In this document: piece by piece, positions 53,838-63,070 of the stretch
Position numbering within the stretch: the first letter of the stretch is position 1
How the letters are laid out: the number at the start of each line of letters is the position of its first letter
From: an uncultured Acidimicrobiales bacterium
GTDB taxonomy: Bacteria; Actinomycetota; Acidimicrobiia; Acidimicrobiales; Aldehydirespiratoraceae
Length of the DNA: 64,000 nucleotides
NCBI GenBank assembly: GCA_905480195.1
Contig: CAJQPN010000001.1
Location: 145,132-209,131 of the forward strand
Reading direction: 5' to 3'
Made by a program: the position numbers and the translations under genes
Notes under the pieces: generated by a model
What the model was told of the DNA's origin: nothing
Databases searched by the model: none
Seen by the model: the letters and a program-made list of their open reading frames with translations, nothing else

Positions 53838-55211
53838 TCAGACGCGATCGGCGCTGGTGGGTACGGAGAAGCCGACAGCTGCGCCACCATCGGGTGATGC
53901 CGAGGCCACGACCGATCCGTCATGGGCTTCAGCAACCTGGCGAACGATCGCCAGACCCAGGCCAGATCCGGGGAAGGTCCTGGTGGCCTCGACGCGGTGG
54001 AACCGTTCGAAGACCACCTCGCGATCCGCCTGGGGAATCCCAGGTCCCTGGTCGTGAACGATCACCTGCCCGCCATCGACCTCCACCCGAACACAGGTCC
54101 CTTCGGGTGCGAACTTCATCGCATTCTCGACAAGGTTGCGAACCGCCCGAGCGAGCGCCACCGGTCGTCCCTCGACGACGGCCTGAGCGCGTAGGTCGAG
54201 CACAACATCGTGGGTGCCGCGTCGGCTTGCCCGCTGGACGATCGGCTCGACGATGGCAGAGAGTTCGACGGCTGCGACGGGTTCCTCTTCGCCCACATCG
54301 GTCGCCAGATCGACGAGTTCGGCGACGAGGGCGCTCAATTCGCCGATCTCGGCGTGAAGGTCGTCGACGACCGCCGCATGCATCTCAGGTTCGAGGTTGG
54401 GTCGGGAGCGGAGCACGTCGATGTTGGTCTGCATACTGGCGAGCGGTGTTCGCAATTCGTGGCTCGCGTCCATGACGAGCCGGTGCTGCTGGCGGCGCGA
54501 CGCGCTGAGCGCAGCCAGCATCGAGTTGAAGCTGGCTGCGAGGCGGCCGACCTCTGCTCCACCGGCACCATCGACGGGATGGTCGAAATCGCCGGTCTGC
54601 GCAACCCGTTCCGACGCAGCGGTGAGTCGCCGAATGGGCTCCACCGTCGATCCGGCCGAGAACCACGCAAAACCGCCGGCGCCGAGGACAGCGAGGAGCC
54701 CGATGAGGAAGATCCGGTTCACGAGATCATCGAGCGACTGATCGATCTCCGTCAGGGGTCGAGCGATCTGGACGAAGCCGAGGTCACCGACCGAGACGGT
54801 GACGACCCGTCCACGGGCTCCACCGATCTCCGCATCGCCCAGAACCGGCAGCGCCTCTTCGGTTGGGAAATCGTTCGGGGCGACCGACGTCTCGAAGGCG
54901 GCACCGAAGTCGCGGAGCACAGCTCCGTCCGCCGTGACGAGACGGGCCCACAGGTCACGTTCGATTGCCTCGAACAAGCGGGCGCCCGGTCCCCGAACTG
55001 AGGGCCGATCGACTTCGTCGATCGATCGAAGGCCGAACGCGCCACCTGGACCGCGTGCGCCCAGAAGGCTCCGTGCACGATCCACGAGTTCGAGATCGAC
55101 CTCTTCGATGAATTCGCTCTCAGCTGCCGTGTACGTGCGTTCGCCAACGACCACGACAACGACGGTCACGACTGCGACGACGAGCAGGGCGATCCGAAGC
55201 CGCAGGCTCAC
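53838..55211 (-). CDS. Sensor histidine kinase (TM-HAMP-HisKA-HATPase)
   Basis: 457 aa. N-terminal TM 'IALLVVAVVTVVVVVV', second TM then HAMP, H-box 'SHELRTPLASM', N/G boxes 'NLVENAMKF' and 'DQGPGI...GSGLGLAIV'. The GTG overlaps the regulator stop (GTGA). Confidence 0.9.
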   Translation of the reverse strand: MSLRLRIALLVVAVVTVVVVVVGERTYTAAESEFIEEVDLELVDRARSLLGARGPGGAFGLRSIDEVDRPSVRGPGARLFEAIERDLWARLVTADGAVLRDFGAAFETSVAPNDFPTEEALPVLGDAEIGGARGRVVTVSVGDLGFVQIARPLTEIDQSLDDLVNRIFLIGLLAVLGAGGFAWFSAGSTVEPIRRLTAASERVAQTGDFDHPVDGAGGAEVGRLAASFNSMLAALSASRRQQHRLVMDASHELRTPLASMQTNIDVLRSRPNLEPEMHAAVVDDLHAEIGELSALVAELVDLATDVGEEEPVAAVELSAIVEPIVQRASRRGTHDVVLDLRAQAVVEGRPVALARAVRNLVENAMKFAPEGTCVRVEVDGGQVIVHDQGPGIPQADREVVFERFHRVEATRTFPGSGLGLAIVRQVAEAHDGSVVASASPDGGAAVGFSVPTSADRV

Positions 55212-55894
55212 GAGTCGGTGTCGTCCGCGTCGCGGGCGACGTAGCCAGTCCCCCGCACCGTGTGAATGAGCCTCGATCGGTTATCGGCTTCGAGTTTCCG
55301 GCGGAGGTAGCCGACGTAGACATCGAGTGTCTTCGAGTCGGTCTCCAAGTCGCCGTCCCACACTGCGTCGTACAGCTGGGTGCGGCTGAGTACGACACCT
55401 GCGTTGCGGACCAGCACCTCGAGCAGATCGAACTCCGTCTTCGACAGGTCGAGGATTGTGTCGCTGCGCCAGACACGGCGCCCATCGAGATCCAAACGAA
55501 GGTCAGCGAGGTGGAGATGCTCGTCGTGGGTCGCGCCGATCCGAAGCCGCGCCCGCAGCCGGGCGAGTAGCTCCTCGAGCGCAAAGGGTTTGACCAGATA
55601 GTCGTCGGCACCTGCATCGAGGCCGGCGACACGATCCTGGACCTCGTGGCGGGCGGTGAGCATCAGCACCGGCGTCTCGTCCCCCCGCTCGCGGATGCGT
55701 CGACACACGCTGAGCCCGTCGGCGTTGGGCATCGAGACGTCGAGCAGAAGCAGGTCGGCAGGGGTCTCAGCGTGCAGTTCCAGGGCACGGGCCCCATCGC
55801 TCGCGGTAACCACCTCGTACCCCTCGAGGGTGAGGGCACGCTCAAGCGACTCACGGACCCGTCGGTCGTCTTCCGCGATCAGGATTGTGGGCAC
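55208..55894 (-). CDS. OmpR/PhoB-family response regulator
   Basis: 228 aa. Receiver 'ILIAEDD...LLLLDVSMP...MLTA', then a winged-helix output domain 'LSKTEFDLLEVL...IHTVRGTGYV'. GTG start. Confidence 0.9.
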   Translation of the reverse strand: MPTILIAEDDRRVRESLERALTLEGYEVVTASDGARALELHAETPADLLLLDVSMPNADGLSVCRRIRERGDETPVLMLTARHEVQDRVAGLDAGADDYLVKPFALEELLARLRARLRIGATHDEHLHLADLRLDLDGRRVWRSDTILDLSKTEFDLLEVLVRNAGVVLSRTQLYDAVWDGDLETDSKTLDVYVGYLRRKLEADNRSRLIHTVRGTGYVARDADDTDS

Positions 55895-55905
55895 CGCCCC
55901 AGTCT

Positions 55906-55932
55906 CTCACCCTCGGGTGAGGGTTAGGTGAG
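55906..55932. promoter_or_regulatory. CTCACCC-tc-GGGTGAG inverted repeat plus GGTGAG direct repeat at 11-nt spacing
   Basis: Read directly from the sequence. It lies 12-38 nt upstream of the response-regulator GTG, in the gap shared with divergent surE. Confidence 0.35.
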
Positions 55933-56007
55933 AACGTTGTGGCCAGACGCTCCCCAACGACTCGTGACTCCATCGGGCCGATCGCGTCAACTGCACGCCC
56001 GGCGCCT

Positions 56008-56844
56008 ATGGTCGACGGCGTGCGAATTCTCGTGACGAACGACGATGGGATCGACTCGATCGGCCTCCACGTACTCGCTCGGGCGATGCGCCCGTTCGGC
56101 GAGGTGGTGGTCGCTGCGCCGAACACCGAGTACTCGGGCTACGGCGCAGCCCTCGGCACGCTCCACAACATGAAACCTGATGTGCGGGTCGAGCACGTCG
56201 AAGGGATCGACGAGGCCTGGTCGATCAGCGCCCCGCCTGCGCTGTGCGCCATGTTCGGACGACTCGGCGTGTTCGGGGACATCGACTTGGTGGTGTCGGG
56301 CATCAATCCCGGTGCCAACGTCGGCCGCTCCGTCTACCACTCCGGCACCGTCGGCGCCTGTCTCACCGCCCGCAACGGTGGCATCAGCGGTGTGGCCGTC
56401 AGCCAGACCGTAGATACGTTCGGGGTCGAGGGCCAGGGCTGGGAAGAATCTCTCGCAACCCAGAAGTGGGAGGGCGCAGCCGAGGTCGCTGCGATCGCTG
56501 TCCGTGCGCTTGTCGAGGACATGCCCGACGAACCACTGGTGCTCAACATCAATGTGCCCAACCGTCTGGCCAAGGACATGGAGGGTTGGCGCCGCACCAA
56601 TGTCGGCGAGGCTCCACCGCGAGGGCTTACCAAAGCGTCGATGACCCCCAAGCCAGGAGCAACCGACACCTTCCACGTCACGATGGAGTGGGGCGATGCG
56701 ATCCAGATTCCCGAGACCGAGGACGGTGGCGCGGTGATGGCCGGCTTTGCGTCGATCACATGGCTCGGCCGGATCGAAGGACTCACCCCCCATCACCCGT
56801 CGATGAAGTCGACCGAGGGCGCTTTCGACGAGTTCTACGGCTGA
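56008..56844 (+). CDS. surE: 5'/3'-nucleotidase SurE
   Basis: 'RILVTNDDGIDSIGL' and 'VSGINPGANVG' SurE signatures. Start set at the ATG at 56008 within ORF 55939..56844. Confidence 0.85.
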   Translation: MVDGVRILVTNDDGIDSIGLHVLARAMRPFGEVVVAAPNTEYSGYGAALGTLHNMKPDVRVEHVEGIDEAWSISAPPALCAMFGRLGVFGDIDLVVSGINPGANVGRSVYHSGTVGACLTARNGGISGVAVSQTVDTFGVEGQGWEESLATQKWEGAAEVAAIAVRALVEDMPDEPLVLNINVPNRLAKDMEGWRRTNVGEAPPRGLTKASMTPKPGATDTFHVTMEWGDAIQIPETEDGGAVMAGFASITWLGRIEGLTPHHPSMKSTEGAFDEFYG

Positions 56845-56888
56845 TTTCTGAGCCTGCCCTCTGCCCAGACCAATAGCCTGACCCGGTC

Positions 56889-58805
56889 ATGTTGACTGCT
56901 TCCGGCATCGCTCGTTCGTACGGGCCGCGCGATCTCTTCAAGGACGTCACTCTGCAACTGTCTGCGGGCCGTCGGATCGCGCTCGTGGGCGGCAACGGCA
57001 CCGGCAAGACGTCGCTCATCGAGATCTTGGTCGGCGACGCCGAACCCGATGCCGGGTCGATCACCCGCCCCCGAGACATGACGCTCGGCTACCTGCCACA
57101 GGATCTCGTCGACACCGCCACCGGCAGCGTCATCGAAGAGGTCCTCGCAGGCGCAGGCGATATGGCTACGCTCGCCGAGGCCCTCCACCGCCTCGAGGCC
57201 CAGCTCAGCGACCCGCCGCCCGACGCCGATTACGACGCGATCCTCACCGAGTACGGCGAGGTCCAGGGTCGATTCGAGTCGATGGGTGGCTACGCGCTCG
57301 AAGCTGACGCCCACAAGGTTCTCGCCGGGCTCGGCTTCAAGGAATCCGACACCGGGCGGCCAGTGCGAGAGTTGAGCGGTGGCTGGCGGATGCGCGTTGC
57401 GTTGGCTCGGCTCCTGCTCGCCAGCCCCGACGTTCTCATCCTCGATGAGCCGACCAACCACCTCGACGTCGACTCGGTCGCCTGGCTCGAACAGCAGCTC
57501 GCCGCATGGCCAGGAGCTCTGCTGTTCGTCAGCCACGACCGCGACTTCATCGATACCGTCGCAGACCGAGTCGTCGAGCTCGCAGAAGGGACGGCCCTCG
57601 AGTACGTGGGAGGGTTCGCCGAATTCGTGGTGCAACGCGAAGAGCGCTTGCAGCGCATCGAAGCGGCCGCAGCCAGGCAAGCCCGCGAGGTCGCCCGCGT
57701 CGAGCAGTTCATCGATCGCTTCCGGTACAAGGCCACCAAGGCTCGCCAAGTACAGAGCCGCATCAAGACCCTCGAAAAGCTCGAGACGATCGCCGTCCCG
57801 AACCGTAAAGAGATCGTCGCCAAGTTCGCCTTCCCCGAACCACCCCGGTCGTCTCGGATCGTCGCCGAGTTCACCGATGCAACGGTCGGCTATGGCGACA
57901 TCCCGATCGTGCGGAACGCAACGTTCGTCGTCGAGCGGGGCCAGACCATCGCACTCGTCGGTCCGAACGGCGCCGGAAAAACCACGCTGCTCAAGCTGAT
58001 CCTCGGTGAACTCGAGGCCAGCGCGGGCAGCGCTGAACTCGGCAACAACGTCTCGGTCGCCAAGTTCCATCAGCACCAAGCCGACGAACTCGATCTGGAC
58101 AAGACAGTGATCGCAGCGTTCTCCGGCGGGATCGACCCTGGGAAGCGCAACATGCGGACCGTGCTCGGCAGCTTCGGATTTCCCGGTGATGCCGCCGACC
58201 GGATGGTGAACGACCTGTCGGGTGGCGAGCGCACCCGACTCGCCTTGGCTCGCACGATGATCGAGCCGGTCAACCTGCTCGTACTTGACGAACCGACCAA
58301 TCACCTCGACCTCCCGAGCTGCGACGTGCTGGAGGACGCCCTCACCGCCTACCCGGGCACGGTGCTGCTGGTCACCCATGACCGTCACCTGATCCGCAAT
58401 GTCGCCGACGCGATCATCGACGTACGCGACGGCCGGGCCACTTGGTTCGACGGAGTACCCGAAGCCGTCCTTACCCCTGCCGATCCGAGCAAGGTCGCCG
58501 GGGCGAACACCGGCCTGACGACCCAGCCCTCGAACGTGCGAGCGCGCGAACGGCGGACGAGTGCAGCCGACCGCCAGAGCACAACCGACCTGCGAAAGTC
58601 GGTTCAGAAGCTCGAGAAGGCGCTGGAGAGAGCCGAAGCCGAAGTAGCCGAACTGCAGTCGCAGCTCGCCGACCCCGACATCTACGACCGACCCGAGGAG
58701 GTCCATCGGCTTGCCACGGCGCACGAGAAGGCCAAGGACAGGGCCGTATCGCTCATGGAGCAGTGGGAGACGACCGCCGAACAGCTCGAGGCCGCCGGAG
58801 GCTGA
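56889..58805 (+). CDS. ABC-F family ATPase (Uup/EttA-like, two ABC domains, C-terminal coiled coil)
   Basis: 638 aa. Two Walker A motifs ('GGNGTGKT', 'GPNGAGKT'), two signatures ('LSGGWRMR', 'LSGGERTR'), no TM domain, an inter-domain linker and an Ala/Glu-rich C-terminal helix. Confidence 0.9.
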   Translation: MLTASGIARSYGPRDLFKDVTLQLSAGRRIALVGGNGTGKTSLIEILVGDAEPDAGSITRPRDMTLGYLPQDLVDTATGSVIEEVLAGAGDMATLAEALHRLEAQLSDPPPDADYDAILTEYGEVQGRFESMGGYALEADAHKVLAGLGFKESDTGRPVRELSGGWRMRVALARLLLASPDVLILDEPTNHLDVDSVAWLEQQLAAWPGALLFVSHDRDFIDTVADRVVELAEGTALEYVGGFAEFVVQREERLQRIEAAAARQAREVARVEQFIDRFRYKATKARQVQSRIKTLEKLETIAVPNRKEIVAKFAFPEPPRSSRIVAEFTDATVGYGDIPIVRNATFVVERGQTIALVGPNGAGKTTLLKLILGELEASAGSAELGNNVSVAKFHQHQADELDLDKTVIAAFSGGIDPGKRNMRTVLGSFGFPGDAADRMVNDLSGGERTRLALARTMIEPVNLLVLDEPTNHLDLPSCDVLEDALTAYPGTVLLVTHDRHLIRNVADAIIDVRDGRATWFDGVPEAVLTPADPSKVAGANTGLTTQPSNVRARERRTSAADRQSTTDLRKSVQKLEKALERAEAEVAELQSQLADPDIYDRPEEVHRLATAHEKAKDRAVSLMEQWETTAEQLEAAGG

Positions 58806-58834
58806 TGCGTCGTCGCTGACTAGCCTGCTTCTCC

Positions 58835-59740
58835 ATGCCCCAGATCACGCTTCCGTCCGGGATCTCCCTCGAGTACGAACGTCGAGGCGCCGGCGATCCG
58901 CTGTTGCTGGTGATGGGGCTGGCGGGCCAGCTCACCGACTGGCCTGCGGCGTTCGTGGACGAATTGGTCGAATCCGGGTTTGAGGTCGTCATGTTCGACA
59001 ACCGAGACGTCGGCCTGTCGTCGAAGACCGACTGGTCGCCTCCGTCGCGCCGGAAGTCGATCATCTCGATGCTGATGCGTCGACCGATCAAGGGCGCCGG
59101 CTACACGATGGACGACATGGCCGACGATGCCGCAGGTTTGATGGATGCGCTCGGGTTCGTGTCGATGGATGTCGTCGGCATGTCGATGGGGGGCATGATC
59201 GGCCAGGCCTTGGCGATCCGCCACCCACACAAGGTCCGCTCGCTGTGCTCGGTGATGTCGAACACCGGCGACCGCAAGAACGGCACCATCTCCCTCAAAC
59301 TTGTCCGACTGGTCGGTATCCCTAAGCCGCCGAACCGCAACACGGCGGTCGATGAGGGCGTGAAGCTCTGGCGGCATATCTCGGGAGACCACTTCGACGA
59401 GGCCGAGACTCGCATCCAAATGGCCGCTGCGATCGAACGTTCGTGGACACCCGACGGTGTCATGCGGCAGACCGCTGCGATCGCAGGGAGTCGAGACCGG
59501 ACTGCGGGCCTGCACGGCGTGACAGCGCCGACGCTCGTCATTCATGGGCTCCAGGACCTCCTCGTCCTCCCATCGGGAGGCACTGCGACGGCAGCGGCCG
59601 TGCCCGGCTCGCGTCTCTTGATGTTCCCCGACATGGGTCACAATCTCCCCACGGCGCGTACATCCGAGATGGTGGCTGCGATCCGGTCGAACGCTGCGCG
59701 GGCTGACGTTTCTCGGCCAAACGCCTCGACAACCGCCTGA
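58835..59740 (+). CDS. Alpha/beta hydrolase
   Basis: 301 aa. 'LLLVMGLAGQ' and nucleophile elbow 'GMSMGG'. C-terminal 'FPDMGHNLP' contains the catalytic His. Confidence 0.85.
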   Translation: MPQITLPSGISLEYERRGAGDPLLLVMGLAGQLTDWPAAFVDELVESGFEVVMFDNRDVGLSSKTDWSPPSRRKSIISMLMRRPIKGAGYTMDDMADDAAGLMDALGFVSMDVVGMSMGGMIGQALAIRHPHKVRSLCSVMSNTGDRKNGTISLKLVRLVGIPKPPNRNTAVDEGVKLWRHISGDHFDEAETRIQMAAAIERSWTPDGVMRQTAAIAGSRDRTAGLHGVTAPTLVIHGLQDLLVLPSGGTATAAAVPGSRLLMFPDMGHNLPTARTSEMVAAIRSNAARADVSRPNASTTA

Positions 59741-59751
59741 CAGCCGCCCTG

Positions 59752-60672
59752 TCAAGACTGAGCGCGAACGACGGCGGCTGCGCGACGTGACCGCACGCGT
59801 CCGGCCTGAGCCACCCCTTCGACGGCGAAAACGGCGAGCCCTGACCAGATCACCACGAAACCGACAGCCTGACCACCCGACCACGACTCGCCGTAGGCAA
59901 AGACACCGAGCAAGAAGTTCAAGGTCGGCGCAACGTACTGCAGCACGCCGACCATCCAGAGTTCGATTCGCCGAGCCGCTGATGCGAACAAAAGCAGCGG
60001 GGCGGCAGTCACCAATGCCGCGCCACCCGCCCAGAGCCAGTCGAGCGGCTTAGACACGACATCGATTCCGTCACCGACCATGACGAGCGTCACGAGCACG
60101 AGAATGGCGGGTGGGAACATGAGCGAGACCTCGATGCTCAGACCATCGAGCGAACCGAGTGGCGTCATCTTGCGGATCAGCCCGTACAGCCCAAACGACA
60201 TGGCGAGCGAGATGGCGACCCACGGCATGCGACCCACGTCGACGGACAAGACAACGACGCCGGCAGCAGCAATCGCAATAGCGAGCCACTGGTTCGCCCG
60301 GAGCCGCTCGCGCAAGACCGTTACCCCCAGCACAACGCTGACGAGTGGGTTGAGGAAGTAGCCCAGACTGGCCTCGAGCACCCGGCCGTTGTTGACCGCC
60401 CAGATGAACACCAACCAGTTGAAGGCGAGCAGGGTCGCCGATGCGGCTGCAAGGAGCACGACCCGCCGATCGCGGGCGATGATGCGAATACCGGCCGCTC
60501 GATCGCGGACGATCTGGATCAGCCAGAGGAACAGGCAGGTCGAGACGATCCGGACCAAGAGTGCCGCACCGGCTGAACCTTCTCCCAGGCGCCAGAAGAT
60601 CGGAGACAGCCCCCAGAGCGTGTATGCGGTGAGTGCGAGACCGACCCCCTGCTTGATCTCCCCACGTTCCAT
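59752..60672 (-). CDS. rarD: EamA/RarD-family transporter
   Basis: 306 aa, 10 hydrophobic segments. N-terminal 'GVGLALTAYTLWGLSPIFW' is typical of RarD. Confidence 0.75.
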   Translation of the reverse strand: MERGEIKQGVGLALTAYTLWGLSPIFWRLGEGSAGAALLVRIVSTCLFLWLIQIVRDRAAGIRIIARDRRVVLLAAASATLLAFNWLVFIWAVNNGRVLEASLGYFLNPLVSVVLGVTVLRERLRANQWLAIAIAAAGVVVLSVDVGRMPWVAISLAMSFGLYGLIRKMTPLGSLDGLSIEVSLMFPPAILVLVTLVMVGDGIDVVSKPLDWLWAGGAALVTAAPLLLFASAARRIELWMVGVLQYVAPTLNFLLGVFAYGESWSGGQAVGFVVIWSGLAVFAVEGVAQAGRVRSRRAAAVVRAQS

Positions 60673-60752
60673 CGCGGCACGCTACCGGCGCGCCCGCCGC
60701 CCTCGACCCAGTCCGCACACTGCGTCGCCGATTGCGGGCAGACTGTCTGCCT

Positions 60753-61004
60753 ATGCCGGACATCGTCACGCTGCCCGTCGACGTCGAAGAGACCGTCACC
60801 GACCCGGTCACCGACGACGGTGATCACGACCGTTTCGCCCACTACGTCCGTAAGGCGGACGCAGCACGCGCAACGATCGAAGGCGTTCCGGTACGGGCTC
60901 TGTGCGGCAAGGTCTGGGTGCCGAGCCGTGATCCGAGCAAGTACCCGGTGTGCCCCGAATGCACGAAGATCCGGGATCGGCTCATGAATCGGTCGAGCAA
61001 CTAG
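60753..61004 (+). CDS. DUF3039 domain protein
   Basis: 'DHDRFAHYV...VRALCGKVWVPSRDPSKYPVCPECTKI' matches the actinobacterial DUF3039 pattern. Start at the ATG at 60753. The ORF track starts at the TTG at 60732. Confidence 0.75.
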   Translation: MPDIVTLPVDVEETVTDPVTDDGDHDRFAHYVRKADAARATIEGVPVRALCGKVWVPSRDPSKYPVCPECTKIRDRLMNRSSN

Positions 61005-61151
61005 CTCCACCTGTCACCGACCACCACCCGTCGGCGACGAGTGGAAACGGATTCGTTGTGGCCCGACCCCGAACCGTGCGTTTCATGCGCCAGAGTGCGA
61101 GAATCGGGCTGGCGCGTGTGCGCCATCGAACATCAAGGAGTGCCAGTAGCC

Positions 61152-61592
61152 GTGAAGGTTGCCGTCGTTTACGAAAGTCGCACAGGGAACACCGCGCACG
61201 TTGCAGAGATGATTGGCGCCGCCGTTCAAGAACTCGGGCATGAAGTCGGTATCTGGCCGACCGAGAAGGCCAACCTCGACTACTTGACCGACGCCGACAT
61301 GGTCTTCGTTGGTACGTGGACGGGTGGCATCATCGTCACGGGCCACCATCCTGGCGATGGGGGCAAGTTGCTCGCGATGCCGGGTATCTGGGGCAAGCCC
61401 ACCGCTGGATTCATGACCTACGCGCTCCACGCCGGCAAGGTCCTCGACAAGATGAGCGACATCGTTACCCTGCTCGGCGGTGAGTGGCTCGGTGGACGCC
61501 TCTTCAAGCGCGGCAAACTCGAGGAAGGGTTGGCATCCTTCGTCGTCGCTGCGATCGATGCAGCCGAAGAGTCGCTCGGCGTGGCGGGCTGA
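61152..61592 (+). CDS. Flavodoxin-like protein
   Basis: 'KVAVVYESRTGNT' FMN-phosphate loop. GTG at 61152 preceded by AAGGAG at 12 nt. The ORF track begins further upstream, at 61041. Confidence 0.75.
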   Translation: MKVAVVYESRTGNTAHVAEMIGAAVQELGHEVGIWPTEKANLDYLTDADMVFVGTWTGGIIVTGHHPGDGGKLLAMPGIWGKPTAGFMTYALHAGKVLDKMSDIVTLLGGEWLGGRLFKRGKLEEGLASFVVAAIDAAEESLGVAG

Positions 61593-61640
61593 GATCCGTC
61601 ATGGCCTACTTCGGACGCTGCGAGGTCGGGTGTCGGCTCG

Positions 61641-62102
61641 ATGAGCATCGTTCGTGACGGCGCCACCATGCGCTACCACATCCAAGGTGTATTCATCCTC
61701 TTGATCGTCTGCATCGCGGTGCTATTCACCGCTCGCATCGCAGCGCCGGTGTTGTCCGATGCCTTTGGCGACGAGGGAGCGATCGTCGCCAAGAGCGCCG
61801 AGGTCGACGAGGACGCCGATCTCCCCGTCTCCGAGGAGGATCTGCCGCTCTCCGGTGAGGAGGTCGGCCAGATTCAGGCCGACCTCAAAGCGCTCGGCTT
61901 CAACCCCGGCCCTGTCGACGGGATCATGGGCGAAACCACGCAGGGTGCGATCGATGTGGCGATCGTGCAATACCAACTCGATGTCGCAGCGAGCAACCGC
62001 GAGGTCTATGACTATCTGCGGTCCCTCGCCGACGCCCTGGCAGCTGCAAACGCCGCGGATACGGCCGCGAACGATGCCGGAGACGCCGGCGCCGACGGCT
62101 GA
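61641..62102 (+). CDS. Membrane-anchored peptidoglycan-binding (PG_binding_1) domain protein
   Basis: 153 aa. TM 'GVFILLIVCIAVLFTARIAAPVL', an acidic linker, then 'VGQIQADLKALGFNPGPVDGIMGETTQGAI'. Confidence 0.75.
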   Translation: MSIVRDGATMRYHIQGVFILLIVCIAVLFTARIAAPVLSDAFGDEGAIVAKSAEVDEDADLPVSEEDLPLSGEEVGQIQADLKALGFNPGPVDGIMGETTQGAIDVAIVQYQLDVAASNREVYDYLRSLADALAAANAADTAANDAGDAGADG

Positions 62103-62169
62103 CGCGCACAATTCGTCGATCTGACCTGACAGCGCCCCCGTCGAAATGCCACCATTGCTAGGCCAGATT

Positions 62170-62194
62170 CTTGTTCGTCGTGCTGACGAACAAG
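62170..62194 (+). terminator. Hairpin (10-bp perfect stem, 5-nt loop)
   Basis: CTTGTTCGTC-gtgct-GACGAACAAG, 68 nt after the stop of the PG-binding gene and 43 nt before the PAP2 gene. No clear U-tract. Confidence 0.4.
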
Positions 62195-62236
62195 TAGTTC
62201 AGAGCCGGCGAGGGAGAGGCGCGCTGCGGAGGCGAC

Positions 62237-63070
62237 ATGGCGCAATCTGTTACCACGAGCCCAGACACGGCCTCCCACAGCAGTGCGAGCCACGCCTGGG
62301 ATCGCTTCGGATGGTCACTGAGTCGGGAGATCACCCTGCTGGTTCTCGGTCTGTTGGCGTACCGCACGGCGCGTCTGTTCGTGAAGGATGAGATCGACCA
62401 AGCCTTCGCCAACACGCAACGAGTCATTCACTGGGAACGCACACTTGGGATCTTCAACGAGGTCGACCTGCAGTCCTCGATCCTGCCCAACGACGCCCTC
62501 ATCTGGGGCCTCAACCGCTACTACTTCTTTGCGCACTTCCTCGGCACGGCCCTATGGGTGTGTTGGATGTTCATCCGGCATCACGACCACTACGGACGCA
62601 TCCGGCGCGTGCTGCTCGGCACCACGTTCAGCGCATTGACAATCCACATTCTTTTCCCACTGGCTCCGCCGCGATGGTTCCCCCGCATGGGCTTCGTCGA
62701 CACGCTTCAGACCTACGGGCCGAAGATCTACGACAGTGAAGCCATAGCCAACACCGCCAACCAGATCGCAGCCATGCCGTCGCTCCACGTCGGGTGGGCA
62801 CTGATCGGCTCCTGGGGACTGATCAAGGCGAGCTCGTCACCGCGGCGATGGCTCGTCTCGCTCCACCCAGCGATCATGATCGCAGCCGTTGTGGTGACCG
62901 GAAACCACTGGTGGCTCGACGTGTTTGGCGCAGCCGCTCTCGTTGCGTTGGTAATCGCGATCGATGCCCCCATCCAGAAGCAGCTCGACCGTCGCCACAA
63001 ACCGACGGCCGATACCGCCCAATGTGACGCCGACGAAGTCACAGACGACAACTCCGTCGTCGCCGGGTGA
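62237..63070 (+). CDS. PAP2-superfamily membrane protein (inositolphosphotransferase/sphingomyelin-synthase-like PAP2_C type)
   Basis: 277 aa, multi-TM. 'AAMPSLHVGWAL' and 'TGNHWWLDVFGAA' motifs. Confidence 0.7.
   Translation: MAQSVTTSPDTASHSSASHAWDRFGWSLSREITLLVLGLLAYRTARLFVKDEIDQAFANTQRVIHWERTLGIFNEVDLQSSILPNDALIWGLNRYYFFAHFLGTALWVCWMFIRHHDHYGRIRRVLLGTTFSALTIHILFPLAPPRWFPRMGFVDTLQTYGPKIYDSEAIANTANQIAAMPSLHVGWALIGSWGLIKASSSPRRWLVSLHPAIMIAAVVVTGNHWWLDVFGAAALVALVIAIDAPIQKQLDRRHKPTADTAQCDADEVTDDNSVVAG

Noticed and set aside
52973-53935. 320-aa ORF on the minus strand
   Set aside because: Antisense to the secreted-protein gene, which has an AGGAGA RBS and a signal peptide. It also runs through the terminator hairpin. 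No motifs.
56835-58724. 629-aa ORF on the minus strand
   Set aside because: Antisense to the ABC-F gene, which has two Walker A motifs and two signature motifs. Shadow ORF.
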